A DNA stretch of 63,401 nucleotides, filler included. It is 5 parts of 5 records of this genome, joined end to end, with 100 filler letters (N's around TTAATTAATTAA, not from the genome) between each part and the next. Parts side by side here need not be neighbours in the genome. Positions count along the whole stretch, not along the records: positions 36,484 to 47,108 come from SRR20825019_131; positions 47,209 to 57,694 come from SRR20825019_138; 3 more parts are not named here. One strand, 5' to 3'. How positions within the stretch are numbered: the stretch's first letter is position 1; each line of letters opens with the position of its first letter. This document shows, one piece after another, positions 38,176 to 49,387 of this stretch. The position numbers were made by a program, and so were the translations under genes. Below the pieces are notes generated by a model that worked only from the letters and a program-made list of their open reading frames with translations, was not told where the DNA came from and did no database searches.

Positions 38176-39208
38176 TCAGCTCTTTCCCGGGGTACCCAGC
38201 TGTTTTTTCCTGTCAGCGTCACGGACCGCACGTTCGTTCTCGAACTGGCGCCAGTCCGCGCGGTTAAGGAACGCCTGCTTGTCGAGATAACCCTTGTCCT
38301 TGGCCTTCTCCATGTCTTCCTTCTCACCCTCCGAGAGCTTACTGGTCTTGAACGTGCTCCAGTCCAACGAGGACTTGGCCAGCGTGGACATCTTCTTCTT
38401 CTTGTTCGTAATGGTCGACAGGAGACCATCAAGGCCTCCAGCCGGGCGCTTCGGCGCGGCTCCCACTCCCCCTCCAAGCCCCAGGCCCTTGGGCAGCCCC
38501 GGTTTTTGCGCCTGCTCCGCCTTGCGCTGGGCATACTCTGCCTTGCGCTCCAGAGCCTTGTATTCCTCACTGGTCTTATCCATCGTCTTGGTGACCCTAG
38601 TCACAGCTCCGGTCAGACCCTTCCGAGCCACACACCCCACAACCCCCACTCACTCGATCGTCTCCCCCGCAAAATCGTACTTCTGGGTCACCGTAACGGT
38701 GTCCTTGGCCGGGGCCGACTGGGACGGAATAGAATAACTCACCACGCCCTCCTTCTTCCCCGGCGAGACCTTCGCCGTGCCAAAAGATGCCACCGTTCCT
38801 GAGGCAGGCTTGGCCTTGGGCTTGGTTGGGGCATTGAGCTGGGCCCAGAGGTCGTTGATCTTGGAGCTCTTCTCCTCCTCCTCGGCTTTCTTCTGCTCCT
38901 CTGCAACCTTCCTCCGCTCCTCTTCCTCCTCCTCCCTCACCCTCCGCGCAACCTCGTCCTCCTCGATGAACCCCTTCTTCTTCTTCGTGGCTCCGCCCTT
39001 CTTAGAGCCCTTTCCTTTCCTCTTGCGCCCGCTCGCGTCGTCTCCATCCTCCTCCACAAGACCCTCCACGTCCTCGTCGCTGCTGCCCTCTGTTCACATC
39101 CTACCTCAGCCCAGCCCCATCAACACCACGCACACATCACAGCGTACCTGACGGGCAGTAGTCTTCGTCTTCCTCTGAGTTATAATCGTCCTCGTGCTCG
39201 TCCGCCAT
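38176..39208 (-). CDS. CFDP1: CFDP1/BCNT/Swc5-like protein (SWR1 complex subunit), 3 exons, about 305 aa
   Basis: Exons 39208-39148, 39089-38654, 38596-38176 with GT-AG introns of 58 and 57 nt join in frame. Acidic N-terminus EEDEDYCP, KYDFAGETIEVTK, BCNT-C STLAKSSLDW...GYLDKQAFLNRADWRQFE. Confidence 0.88.
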
Positions 39209-40354
39209 GCTGGTGTCCCCAGTCACCGCCCACGCCGCACCAAGTATATATGAAGGGACCACTCTCTGTGTTGTTGTCGTCGAGGAGTCTCATAGGCCAG
39301 CCTGTGTGTGACCAGGGCAACAGTCCTGCAAGTCCGCAGGCCTTACAGTATGTTGTGGTCGGCCACCCCGGATAGAAGTCCCGCGCTTGCAGGTTATCGT
39401 CAGCTGCATTCAGTGCAGCCTGACTCGGAGGGGTCGGCCCGCCGCGGGCCCGGCCGGGCGCCCCGAGCGCCGCCGCGCACTCCGGCGAGTGATCAGGCTT
39501 GATGGCTATGCTTCATCTCGCAGGACGTCCAGTTGACTGGACGAACGCCGGCCGGCGGGGCCCGGCCTCGATGACCGCGGGTACAGTGAAGGCGGGTCTC
39601 CGTGACGGTCAGCCCCGCCCGGGCCGCGACGGGCCGCCGGGCGGGCCCGCTCGGGTCGACCGCACGGCACGGGTCGCGAGGCCCGGATGATCGGATCCCG
39701 GCCCGGCCGGCGGGGCAAGCCACCGAGCGAGGTGGCATCGACTCCGGTTCATCATCAAGTTTGATTTCCAAGCCCCAGGGGCCTGCTCTGGGCTTCTCCG
39801 AAATCATTGATTGACAGGTGTCCATGAGGCATGAAATCCCCCTCGAAAAAACGGAGAGGATGTTGTTAAAAATAGAAGCTTCGTTGTCATGCGGATCGGG
39901 TCAAGCTTTATCCGGGATCAGGCGAGAGCCGGGATGGCCGGTGGGCGCGAGTGGGGGGATCCCTTGGCGCCCTGCACTGACTGCGACTCTGTCACCCAAG
40001 AAGGCCGTGAGCCACACTGACTCGACGGTCTGTCCGGCTCCGCCCTGACGCAGTTTGAGTGACCCGTGAGGAAAGCCGCCACCGCGAGGCCGGGCCTTGT
40101 CACTGGCCCCTTTCCGACGACGGTGGCGCCTTCGACTTGCGGAGAAATGACTATTGTCCGATAGTTGTCCGATAGACAGAGTGCTGGCCGCCCCCACGCC
40201 CACGACGCAGGTCGGCGGTGACTCGGGCGTTATGGATGTTTCAGTGGGTTGAGTGCTCAGTGCGTAGAGGGCAGCGTACTAGGCAGTACAAGCGTAAAGA
40301 TTGGCCAAGAAGGGCTCAAGAAGCTCACTGAACAGAACGACGCTAACCAACAAT

Positions 40355-41820
40355 ATGCATACTGTTTGCAGATCGGGTGCTGCGGTTGCCTTGTTGGTTG
40401 GCCTTTGGGCCATCGGTGCTTCAGCTGGGGTCACTCCCAACCTTGCCAACGACAGAACTACGTCATCGGACTCTAGTTATTCGAGGGCGCAGCTAATCAA
40501 CCAAGTCAAGTCCAGATCTGTGTCGGACAGCGACGTTGCGAAGAAGTTGTACCTTTGGGTGTGGTCCCCTGATGTCGATGCAATCAAGTCCATGCCCTTC
40601 TCTCCGAAGGAGGTACGTGAGTTTGATCTGTGACTTAGACCCCCTCCTCAACTATTTGTACCACTATTCAAAATTGAATGAAGTAGACTTGTCTATGTGA
40701 CACTATGACCGTTATTAATGTGACTCCGCGATACGTAGGTTGGCCTCTCCATAGTCCATCTGTACCATCTTGATAAGAACGGAACCTTCAACGCAATTAA
40801 CCCCGACCGCGAAAAAATCCAAAGTTCCCTCAAGTCGGCGGGATACGAGACACTGCCCCTGGTGGCCGCCCAGGGCCCGGATGACAACGACAAGCAAGGT
40901 TTGGCTAACCTCCTCGCACTCATCGACAATCCGGCGCCCTTCATTAGGGACAGTGTTGCCCGCGCCGTTCAAGCAGGGTTTGATGGATGTAGGTGATTGT
41001 GAAGTTGCTTGGATCTAGGATTCAGTCCCGGGTTAATATGGGATTTTACGTATAGATAACGTCGACTTTGAGCTGCCCAATCCCAACAGCGGCGGGCATG
41101 TGACTCAGGAACAGCTGGAAAAATGGTGGTCCTTCCTGAACCAGTGGGCTGATAGCCTGCACGCAGTGAAAAAGAAACTTACCGTGGAGACACAATGGTG
41201 GGTGGGATCGCGTGTCTCATCACTGGTACCCATATTGATTCACATCAGGTGCTATGGATTCCTGCAGCCCCGCTCCGCTCTCACCGAGACGAGGGTAGAC
41301 CGAGTCGTGACTATGGACACTTACGTCGACTGTGTGGAGGACTGGTCAGGACTGTATGATCCGATGTTCAGCAACTATATGTCAGTGAATCTTCAGGTGA
41401 GAACGATGCGATATCTGTCCCAAGCCAAGTCGAGTGCTAGCACTCTTACTGGACTTCAACAAATCTTGAGCGTGTGTAGGTGGTTTAACTGTGTAGGGCG
41501 ATATATATAGATGGGGGGGGTTGGGGGGGGAGCATGATATGAAATGGGTGTTTCTATCTTACGCGGCTATCCTGTTTTCACTGAATGAAGACTAGCTGAC
41601 CCAGCATTCACAGGATATTGGCCCTGAAAAGCTTGGGCTTGGGTTGTACGCACACAACAACCAAACACGTTGGCCGGAGGAGCACATCGGCCACGACATA
41701 GACACAATAATTGACAAAGGTTGCTCCGTAAGGGAGATATGGGTGTGGACAGGACCCTTTCCGGAGGGCAGCCCATACTATACCCACCTACGCCGCTGGT
41801 TAGGGTCACCCTTGTGCTAA
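40355..41820 (+). CDS. Secreted GH18-like glycoside hydrolase, 5 exons, about 334 aa
   Basis: Exons 40355-40612, 40739-40988, 41056-41197, 41249-41396, 41614-41820 join in frame via GT-AG introns. Signal peptide, AGFDGYNVDFE, VDRVVTMDTY, IGPEKLGLGL, VREIWVW. Confidence 0.7.
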
Positions 41821-43347
41821 GAAAGTCCAGTCGATCACTTGTTATTCACATATGCATGTACGAATTCATCTGGGATGTGTTAGCAGATATCACGATCAAT
41901 AAATCCCCCTCGACTGCAAATCCAGCTCCTGTACCTGTTCTTCATGCTCTAGTTTCTCGCGGCGTGCCTGCTCATAGCCAAGCCGTCGTTGCATCAACAA
42001 CGCGCAGATGTTAACACACGTGACATTTCCTAATACAGGCTGCACCCCAGGGTCCATTCACAACATCGCTGACAACGCCCCCTGATACCCCCTCCCCCCC
42101 CCCCGGCCCCCGGCTATGCAGGAGAGAGCATGGTGTATTTGAGGCCTGGCGCAAGGTGTCCCGGAACCGATGACTGTGGTTTGGATTCGGCTTTCATCCA
42201 TGGCCATTTGTGACACAATTAATTGGCTATCCTAGGCTCTGTACCGGGTATTAATGCGGTGCTTCTGTTCATGGGTGTAGGGTATCGTAGGGGCCACGCG
42301 GCTATACATGAGGCTCGAGTGGAACAGAAGGACCCCAATTTACAACCAGGTCGCATCAGTCACAATCTTGGCACGGCATGGGTGGCACTGCGGATGCATG
42401 CAATTCCCGCAATGAAAATTAAGCTCATTCGGACCAAGTTATTTGTCATCGCAAATGTTATGGGTGGGTGCCTTACAGCCTGGAGACATTCAATCGCACA
42501 TTTCTACACATTGCCGTGATTTTTGGTTGCTGCGCGGCCGCCGTATCACTTATTCTCTGATTCAATTAATAAACGTAGATCGGATTCGTAATATAAACAT
42601 ATTGCACGCATGATATCGATTGGTTCGATCATCAGCAAACAATGTGCATGACAAGAAGAGGCCTATATAAGAACTTGCGTGGCGGAGGCCGCGGCGCCTG
42701 GCCAGTGTACCCTTCAACCCCCGGTGAAACCCAGGTGAACGGCAACCGGGACCGGCCCTTTCGGCTAGCATGGTGCCCAGAATACCGGTATATATAGATA
42801 ACACCCGGGGAGGAAGGGGGACGGGGGTACGGAGTGGGTACATGGGTTAATTGGGGTTAATGGTTTGGGCTATTTTTATCACAGTCCTATGATTCATCAC
42901 CGTACGTGATATCAATTGATGTTAGAATCATCGGGCGGATCATGTCGGCGCCCAACGCCCACTCCCCGGCGGCCGGGCCAGCGTCGCTTGGCCCGGGGCA
43001 AGGCCGGGGTCTGCCGGCCGCCCCGGTGGCGCCCGCGTGCTTTCAGTCAGAGGGGAGTGGTGGTTCGGACCGGCTCCCGGACTTCAATGGTCACCGTCAC
43101 GGAACCGCGCGAGCGACGCGGCGGCATGCCCAACGGCCATGGCACGGCCCAGTGGCCTCTTACACGGCCCGCTCGCCGCGGCCCTCACCGCGGAGTGGAA
43201 GCTGTTCGGCTCACCGTGACTGGACTGACTCTCCGCTATGCTCCGCTCTCCGCGGTCACCTTGCCGTTGCTCGTCGCAACTGCTATAAATTCCTGTGCCG
43301 GCCGATGGCGTAGTCTGCCGAACTCAGACTAGCCTGCCAAGGTTCTG

Positions 43348-44790
43348 ATGGACGGTGACGGCGATATTGAGGCGGGGGCCACTCCCAGCGGAACTGGCGC
43401 GTACCGGCGGGGCCACCCGGCAAGCTACGATGACAAGGTTGCGGGTCTGCCTGTGGCAGGATTAATTCAGCCGGGTGGGGAGGAAGGCCCGGGGGAGCGT
43501 GGAGCGGCGTTGCTGGAGCCGGAGGACGACCCCGAGTTGGTTCCCTTCAGCGGGCTGAGCGTCGAGCAAGAGCAGCACTATGAGCAACTGCGAACAAGCC
43601 TGTGGCACCACTTGAAGGTTGGTCATACCACCATGCCATGTTTGTGTAGTGTGCCCGTGTGTGTGTGCGTGTTTCGGGGGGTTGGAATCTGTGGTTTTTG
43701 GGGCCGAGTGACGACTCGCGGTGGTGCCACGCCCGTGAGTGAATCGAATTCTCACCATTACCCTTCCCGTGCGTGTGCGCATCTATGTGTTCAGGGTGCC
43801 TTGCGGGCGGGGCTGACGCCGATGTTTGCAGTACAACTCCTACCTCCTCTCCATCTGGTATGTGGACCCATCGGACCCCTTCACGCGCGCACAACGTGTG
43901 TTCTTTTATTCGTGGTACATCGTCGCCGGGCTGCTCCTAGCTATCATGTCCGACGCCAAGGTTGACGGCCGCGGCATAACTCACACCTCGCGAGTGGGCC
44001 TGCAAGTCCTTCTAAGTGTGCCCATGGCGGCGATCACGCCCTGCTTTATACGGTTAGACCCCCCCCCCTTTTTTTTTTCCCGCCGGCAGCTCACCCGCTT
44101 GCTCTTTGCAGTTGGACCAATGATGAAGACTACGTGTTCCGCCGAGTATGGAGGTTCGCGATCTACGGTGGGCCCTGCTCAGTTCGGGGTGGCGTGGCTG
44201 CCCCCAGTCTAACCTCTACTTGCAGCATTCATAATAATGGTTTCTGTGTTTTGTTTCCGCTCCATTCTCGACCATATCGCGGACGGGGCGAGGACCTACG
44301 TGGAGACGGCGAACGTGTGGTTCCAAGGTGCGACCCGAGTCCGTGAAGTGTCTGTGGGGGCGCCTAGGGTTGGATGGGGGAGGCGGCCGCGGGTGTGGGT
44401 GGGGTGTTGTGTTGTGCGACCGCGTCGAGTCGAGTATCGATGCCAACTGAATGTGGTGCCCACCAGGCCTGGTCAGCTCCATCGCTGTGGACTTTGTCCT
44501 CCAAGTGTACCTCTACTACTTCTGGTGCCGCTGCTGGTGCTGCGCGGTGGGTGCGACACACGCTCTTTCCTCGCCCATTCTAACCCCGTGTACAGTGCTG
44601 CCCCTGCAACTTTTACTCGATGCTGGAGGAGGGCAAGGACGGCTCCATCCGCTACGTCAAGAAATACGAGCCGAAACGCAAGGAGAGGGAGCACACCTGC
44701 CTCTACGACCTCTGGCTTTGCCATATATTCTTCTGCCCAAAGATCCGATCCTTCGACGGCCGCTGCGCCTGGCTGTGCCTCATTTGCTGA
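43348..44790 (+). CDS. Uncharacterised eukaryotic membrane protein, 6 exons, about 307 aa
   Basis: Exons 43348-43617, 43832-44052, 44112-44167, 44226-44327, 44467-44546, 44596-44790 join in frame (GT-AG; CTRAC branch sites in several introns). LLSIWY...PFTRAQR, about 4 TM segments, Cys cluster WCRCWCCACCPC. Confidence 0.6.
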
Positions 44791-44808
44791 GCACCGTGGC
44801 TGCTGTCA

Positions 44809-46463
44809 TCACTCGGCCCCGTCACGGGGATCGGGCGCGGCATCGGCGGCAGTGACTGGGGCTGTCGGGTCTGGACAACCGCCCTCGTTTGCACCCGAGG
44901 GTACCCTTGCACCGGGATCGGATGTCACGCCTCCGACACCACTCGCAGCATTTTCGGCTGGCTCCGCCCCGGGCTTCTTGGCGTCGGCGCCCTCAGTCTT
45001 GGATGGACCCCGCTTGTTCCTTGAGAAGCGGTCATTGGGATGTCGCAGGTTGCGGAGTTTGACCGCATTCTGCGCGTCGATGCTGAAATGCGTAAAGAAT
45101 CAGATACCCACGACCCCATTGCGGTGCGGCGCGACTTACTCCCACTCGGCGAAACCATATGTCGGGAACTCCGTGCGTTCCCTGACCCAGCCCTTGGGTT
45201 GGTCACGAAACATGCCTGCGTACGTGGCGGAGCGGGCGATGGTGCGGTGATAGTTCTGACGAGAGAGGAGGGCAGTGATGCTGCGGAAGGCCTTGAGAAG
45301 GTACAGAACGTCCTCTCTGGGTGGACAGGCCAGTCAGTCAAGCCCGGTCCCACTTCAACGTATCAAATGAATGCAGTCGGACCCACAAAACTTACCGGGC
45401 GTATTTCATCATGGTTGTGGTCATGGGTCTCCGCTCCCAGTACAGTTCGTCATCCATCATTCCCTGCTTGGCCTCGTCCTTCGCCTCGTTGCGGCCCTGT
45501 GACGCGAGCGATCAAAACGCGGTGCGGTGGAGGCGGGACGGGCTAACTCACTTGCGTATAGTTCTTAAGGAGGGTGTTGAGCCCTATCGGCAGGGGCGTG
45601 TTGTGGCCGCACTGGCGCTGCCACACGGCGTAACCAACCTGTCATGTGGATATCAGACATCCGCACAGTCTGATCGAAATGAAGATATAGAGAAAAAAAC
45701 CACAACCAAAATGAAACAACAAAACTGAAAATGCAGTGATGTCGGTGTCGCTATAGCCCCATGTGTTCATTACCTGGGTGTCGAATACGTTCTGGAGCTT
45801 GACACTGTTGCAGTGGAAGAGGGCATCAGAGTCTGTCCGGCAGTCGTGCAGCACCTTGAGCATCCGCGTGTCCTCCAAGATCTCCCTCAGCCCCGCGTCG
45901 AACAGCTCGGCGCGGCCCACGTATATATCGAACAGATACACTTTGTCCGCGGTGGCGATCTGAACCAGGCTGATGCGACCGTCGCGGCCAAAATTCACCC
46001 CCTCCAAGTCCACCGCGATTTCCTTATGCACCCGTATCTCGCCGCACGCCTTTCTGCACTCATCCGCTGTCGTCACCAGTGGCTCATCCCCCGCGTCCAT
46101 CCCCTCCCTCCTCCTCTTCTCCTTACGGTCGCGCTCCAGCCGCTCGAAAGCCTCCAGCGCCTGCTTGGCAGGCTGAGCATTTGACCGCCCCAGCAGCGAC
46201 CAATAGTCATTAGGGTTCAATCGGCTCCGTTTGGCCTCGTCCTTGTCTCGGTCACCCCCGCCCTCCAGCTCACGTTTGCGCCGTGCCTCGTCCTCCTTCC
46301 GAAGTCGCTCGACCGACTCGCGGCCCGAGGCCAGGGTGGGCGGGCGCTGGTGGGGTGTGGGGCGGGGCGCGGACAGCTTCTTGGACTCCATGGCGGAGGC
46401 GGACCCCTGCGCCACCTTTTGAGTCTTCTGTACGCCCTTGAGGAGACTGCCCAGGAGATCCAT
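44809..46463 (-). CDS. EXD1/Egalitarian-like DEDDy 3'-5' exonuclease, 5 exons, about 442 aa
   Basis: Exons 46463-45774, 45638-45552, 45496-45396, 45316-45140, 45082-44809 join in frame. AVDLEG, SLVQIAT, KVLHDCRTDSDAL, VFDTQ, WERRPM, YAREDV. Confidence 0.82.
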
Positions 46464-47108
46464 GGCGGCTACGTGCTGCTGCCTTTGCCCATTCGCTTCG
46501 AGGAGGAATCATATACGTTTCGCACAACGCAGACAGGACTCCTGGGGAGGTTACGTGCTGCTGGCTGTCCGGCCGGCCCACCGCGCCGCGACTGGGCATG
46601 GTGCGGGCAGGTTTCATCCGTCGGAGCGCGGCTCGCCTCTGGCGAGGCGGGGCCGGGCGCTGACGAGGGGGGACCGGCACAGGGGCATGGCACGCGCGCC
46701 GGGGCCGGCGGGCCCGGCTGGCTGGGAGGCTGGGCTAGGAAAATACGGTTTCGGAGCGGTCGCCACGCCTGAAACTCACTTGCTCACACGGAACCGTTCC
46801 GGCGCCGCCCGGGCGAGTACCGTCGTGACGCCACTCGCAAGCCAGCCAGTGATCGCAGGCTGACGTTCTTTCTCTCGCCGGCTGATTCGGTTGATCAATC
46901 CGTCTTGCCTTGGCGGTTGAAGTGCGGTGTCGGTGCCGGCGCGACCGCCCGGCCGGCGCGGCGCCGCCGCCCGTGGCCAGTCTACGGCCAGGACGCGATC
47001 ACACGTCACGGCCGGGCGGCGCACTCAACCCGGCACCCACGGGGGCGGCACCCAGCAGTTGGACTCAGCCCGCCTTGCCCCAAGCGACCAGTGCGCCCGA
47101 ACCGCAAC

Positions 47109-47208
47109 NNNNNNNNNNNNNNNNNNNNNNNNNNNNNNNNNNNNNNNNNNNNTTAATTAATTAANNNNNNNNNNNNNNNNNNNNNNNNNNNNNNNNNNNN
47201 NNNNNNNN
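47109..47208. other. Artificial contig spacer
   Basis: N44-TTAATTAATTAA-N44. Confidence 0.98.
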
Positions 47209-48039
47209 GATCAGCGCCTGATCGTGATACATGCAGATTGCCGCATCGTAAGTCTTGCGCGCTTCGGCATGAAACATCGTGTCGGCGGATAGCGGGCCGA
47301 AAGCCGCTATGCCTTCCGCTTTCAAAGCTTCCACGGCAGGAGCGACAATGTCGCGGTCTTCTGTCCCAATTGTTCCATCTTCTCCGGCATGAGGGTTAAG
47401 CCCGGCGATGGCCAGCCGGGGAGTTTTGCAGCCAAAGTCCCGCTTCAAAGCTTCGGCGGTGATCCGTGCCCTGGTGACGATCATCCCGGTCGTGAGCGTC
47501 TCGGCAACCCGCGCAAGAGGGATGTGGATCGTGACCGGAACAACGCGGATCTGTGGTGCGGCAAGCATCATGACCGGCGTTACATCGGGGCCGGCCAGTG
47601 CCGCCAAAAATTCTGTATGACCGGGATATTTGAAGCCGGCTTCGTAAAGCACGCTTTTCTGAATTGGATTGGTCACGATCGCGGCGGAACGTCCTGCGCG
47701 CGTGAACTCAACGGCTTGCTCTATTGCCGTAATAACGGCGCCGCCATTCGCCGGGTTCAGCCTTCCGGGGACTGGCGGGACGGGAAAGGTTATGGGCAGA
47801 ACGGGAAGGCCGCGCTCGAAGACGGACGCGGCATCCTCCGGTTTGTCTATGGCTTTGATCGGCACGTCCTCTCCGACCAGACTTGCAAGCCTGGCCAGAC
47901 GCTCTGGATCGTCCAGCAGGAAGAACGGAGAGAGGCGGTTACGGGCGGAAGCCCATGCCTTGAGGGTGATCTCGGCTCCCACTCCCGCAGGCTCTCCCGG
48001 GGTGACGGCGAGGGGAGGGATACGGGCTTCTGTTTTCAT
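47209..48039 (-). CDS. pdxA: 4-hydroxythreonine-4-phosphate dehydrogenase, truncated by contig end
   Basis: TPGEPAGVG, PGHTEFL, GLNPHAGE, MYHDQ. Confidence 0.95.
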
Positions 48040-48047
48040 GGTCTGGC

Positions 48048-49355
48048 CTAGATACGCGTATCTAGGAATGCGTCCCGGCGGATGTCGCGCAGATAGCGTT
48101 GGGCAAAGGTCTCGAACTTGACGGCACGCAGCCTGTCAGCGATTTCATCACGCCCGGGCAGGTCGCTTTCCGGCTCTTCTCGGGCGCATACCATGATGGT
48201 GCTGAAACCGGATGGCAGACGTACGGGATCGGAGAGCTCGCCGGTTTTGAGGTCGATCACGGCATCACGCAGCAGGGGGGACAATTCGCCGATTTCCAAT
48301 GTTCCGAGATCAGTCGCCGCCGGTGATTTCAGTTCGGTCGCAAGCGCATCCATATCCTCGCAGCTTTGTGCGGTTTCCGAAACGGCACTGGCGATGCTCT
48401 TCTGACTGGCTTCGGCTTCCGGGCTGGAGTTCGGCGGAACCGGTATAAAGACCTGTTTCAGGGTGACCTTGGCCTTTTCCGGGCTGGGGGCGCTCAGGAT
48501 GCGCCGTTCTGTCAGCTGAATAATTTGATATCCGAAGATCGTCTTGATCGGATCGCTGATCTCTCCGGGCGCCAGGCTGTCGACGGCGGCCGCGATCTCA
48601 TCGCCAAGCTGCTCTTTTGTTGTCCAGCCAATATCGCCGCCTGTCGCCGCTGTGGCGCCCTGGGAGAATTCACGCGCAATGGCATCGAACTCGGCACCGG
48701 AGCGCAGTTGATTGACAAGCCGTTCCGCGACCTCTTCCTCATTGACGGACGGATTGTTCGAATCGAGAAGGATTTCGCGGATACGGTATTGCGGCTCACC
48801 CCTATTGCGCTCCAACCGGTTCAGTGCGTCGTCAATTTCATCGATCGTGACTTCGACGGTGCTTTGGAAGCGGCGGCGGACAAGTTTTACCCAGGCAATG
48901 TCGGCCCGCATCTGGTCCAGCACCGTCTGGCTCGAGATGCCCTGGTTGTCGAGAAAACGGTCGAACGATCCGGGGGCCAGCTTATTGCGCTGTTCCATTG
49001 ACCGCTTGGCGCGTTCAAGCTCGTCTGCGCTCACGTCGATTGAAAGTCGTTTGGACTCCTGAAGCTTCAGCTTTTCATCCACCAGACTGCGCAGGACTTG
49101 CGGCCATATGCGCTGAAAGGTCTGGGCGTTGCGCGGCAGGTTCGAAATAATCATGACCATGCGCACACGGGCATCGAGATCCCGGACCGAGATGATGTCG
49201 TCATTTACAATGGCTGCGATCCTCAGCGCATCCTGCGCGAGAGCCTTTGTGCCGCCAAGGCCGGACAGACCTGCCGTTATCAGAAATGCCGTGAGGGCGA
49301 TCCGCAACAGGGCCGGATAATGCCACTTCATGAAACTCAATCCAGGTTTCGCCAT
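48048..49355 (-). CDS. surA: SurA-like peptidyl-prolyl isomerase/chaperone
   Basis: IAAIVNDDIIS, parvulin domain FDAIAREFSQ..GGDIGW; lptD-surA-pdxA synteny. Confidence 0.88.
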   Translation of the reverse strand: MAKPGLSFMKWHYPALLRIALTAFLITAGLSGLGGTKALAQDALRIAAIVNDDIISVRDLDARVRMVMIISNLPRNAQTFQRIWPQVLRSLVDEKLKLQESKRLSIDVSADELERAKRSMEQRNKLAPGSFDRFLDNQGISSQTVLDQMRADIAWVKLVRRRFQSTVEVTIDEIDDALNRLERNRGEPQYRIREILLDSNNPSVNEEEVAERLVNQLRSGAEFDAIAREFSQGATAATGGDIGWTTKEQLGDEIAAAVDSLAPGEISDPIKTIFGYQIIQLTERRILSAPSPEKAKVTLKQVFIPVPPNSSPEAEASQKSIASAVSETAQSCEDMDALATELKSPAATDLGTLEIGELSPLLRDAVIDLKTGELSDPVRLPSGFSTIMVCAREEPESDLPGRDEIADRLRAVKFETFAQRYLRDIRRDAFLDTRI

Positions 49356-49387
49356 TTTGGTTCGATGTCTACCCTTGGTCCGTATCG

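Noticed and set aside
39526-39543. Perfect hairpin CGTCCAGT-TG-ACTGGACG
   Set aside because: It is a single short palindrome in palindrome-rich DNA with no supporting context.
40154-40175. 11-bp tandem repeat TTGTCCGATAG x2
   Set aside because: Only two adjacent copies with no spacer or associated element; not a CRISPR array or a demonstrable target-site duplication.
41830-42950. Lower-GC interval with C/G homopolymers and short ORFs, considered as a transposon remnant or telomere-like sequence
   Set aside because: I could not identify terminal repeats, transposase motifs, a regular tandem unit or a consistent exon chain.
36384-47208. Eukaryotic genes next to bacterial genes, considered as horizontal transfer
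   Set aside because: The eukaryotic segment is bounded by artificial spacers and is a separate contig.
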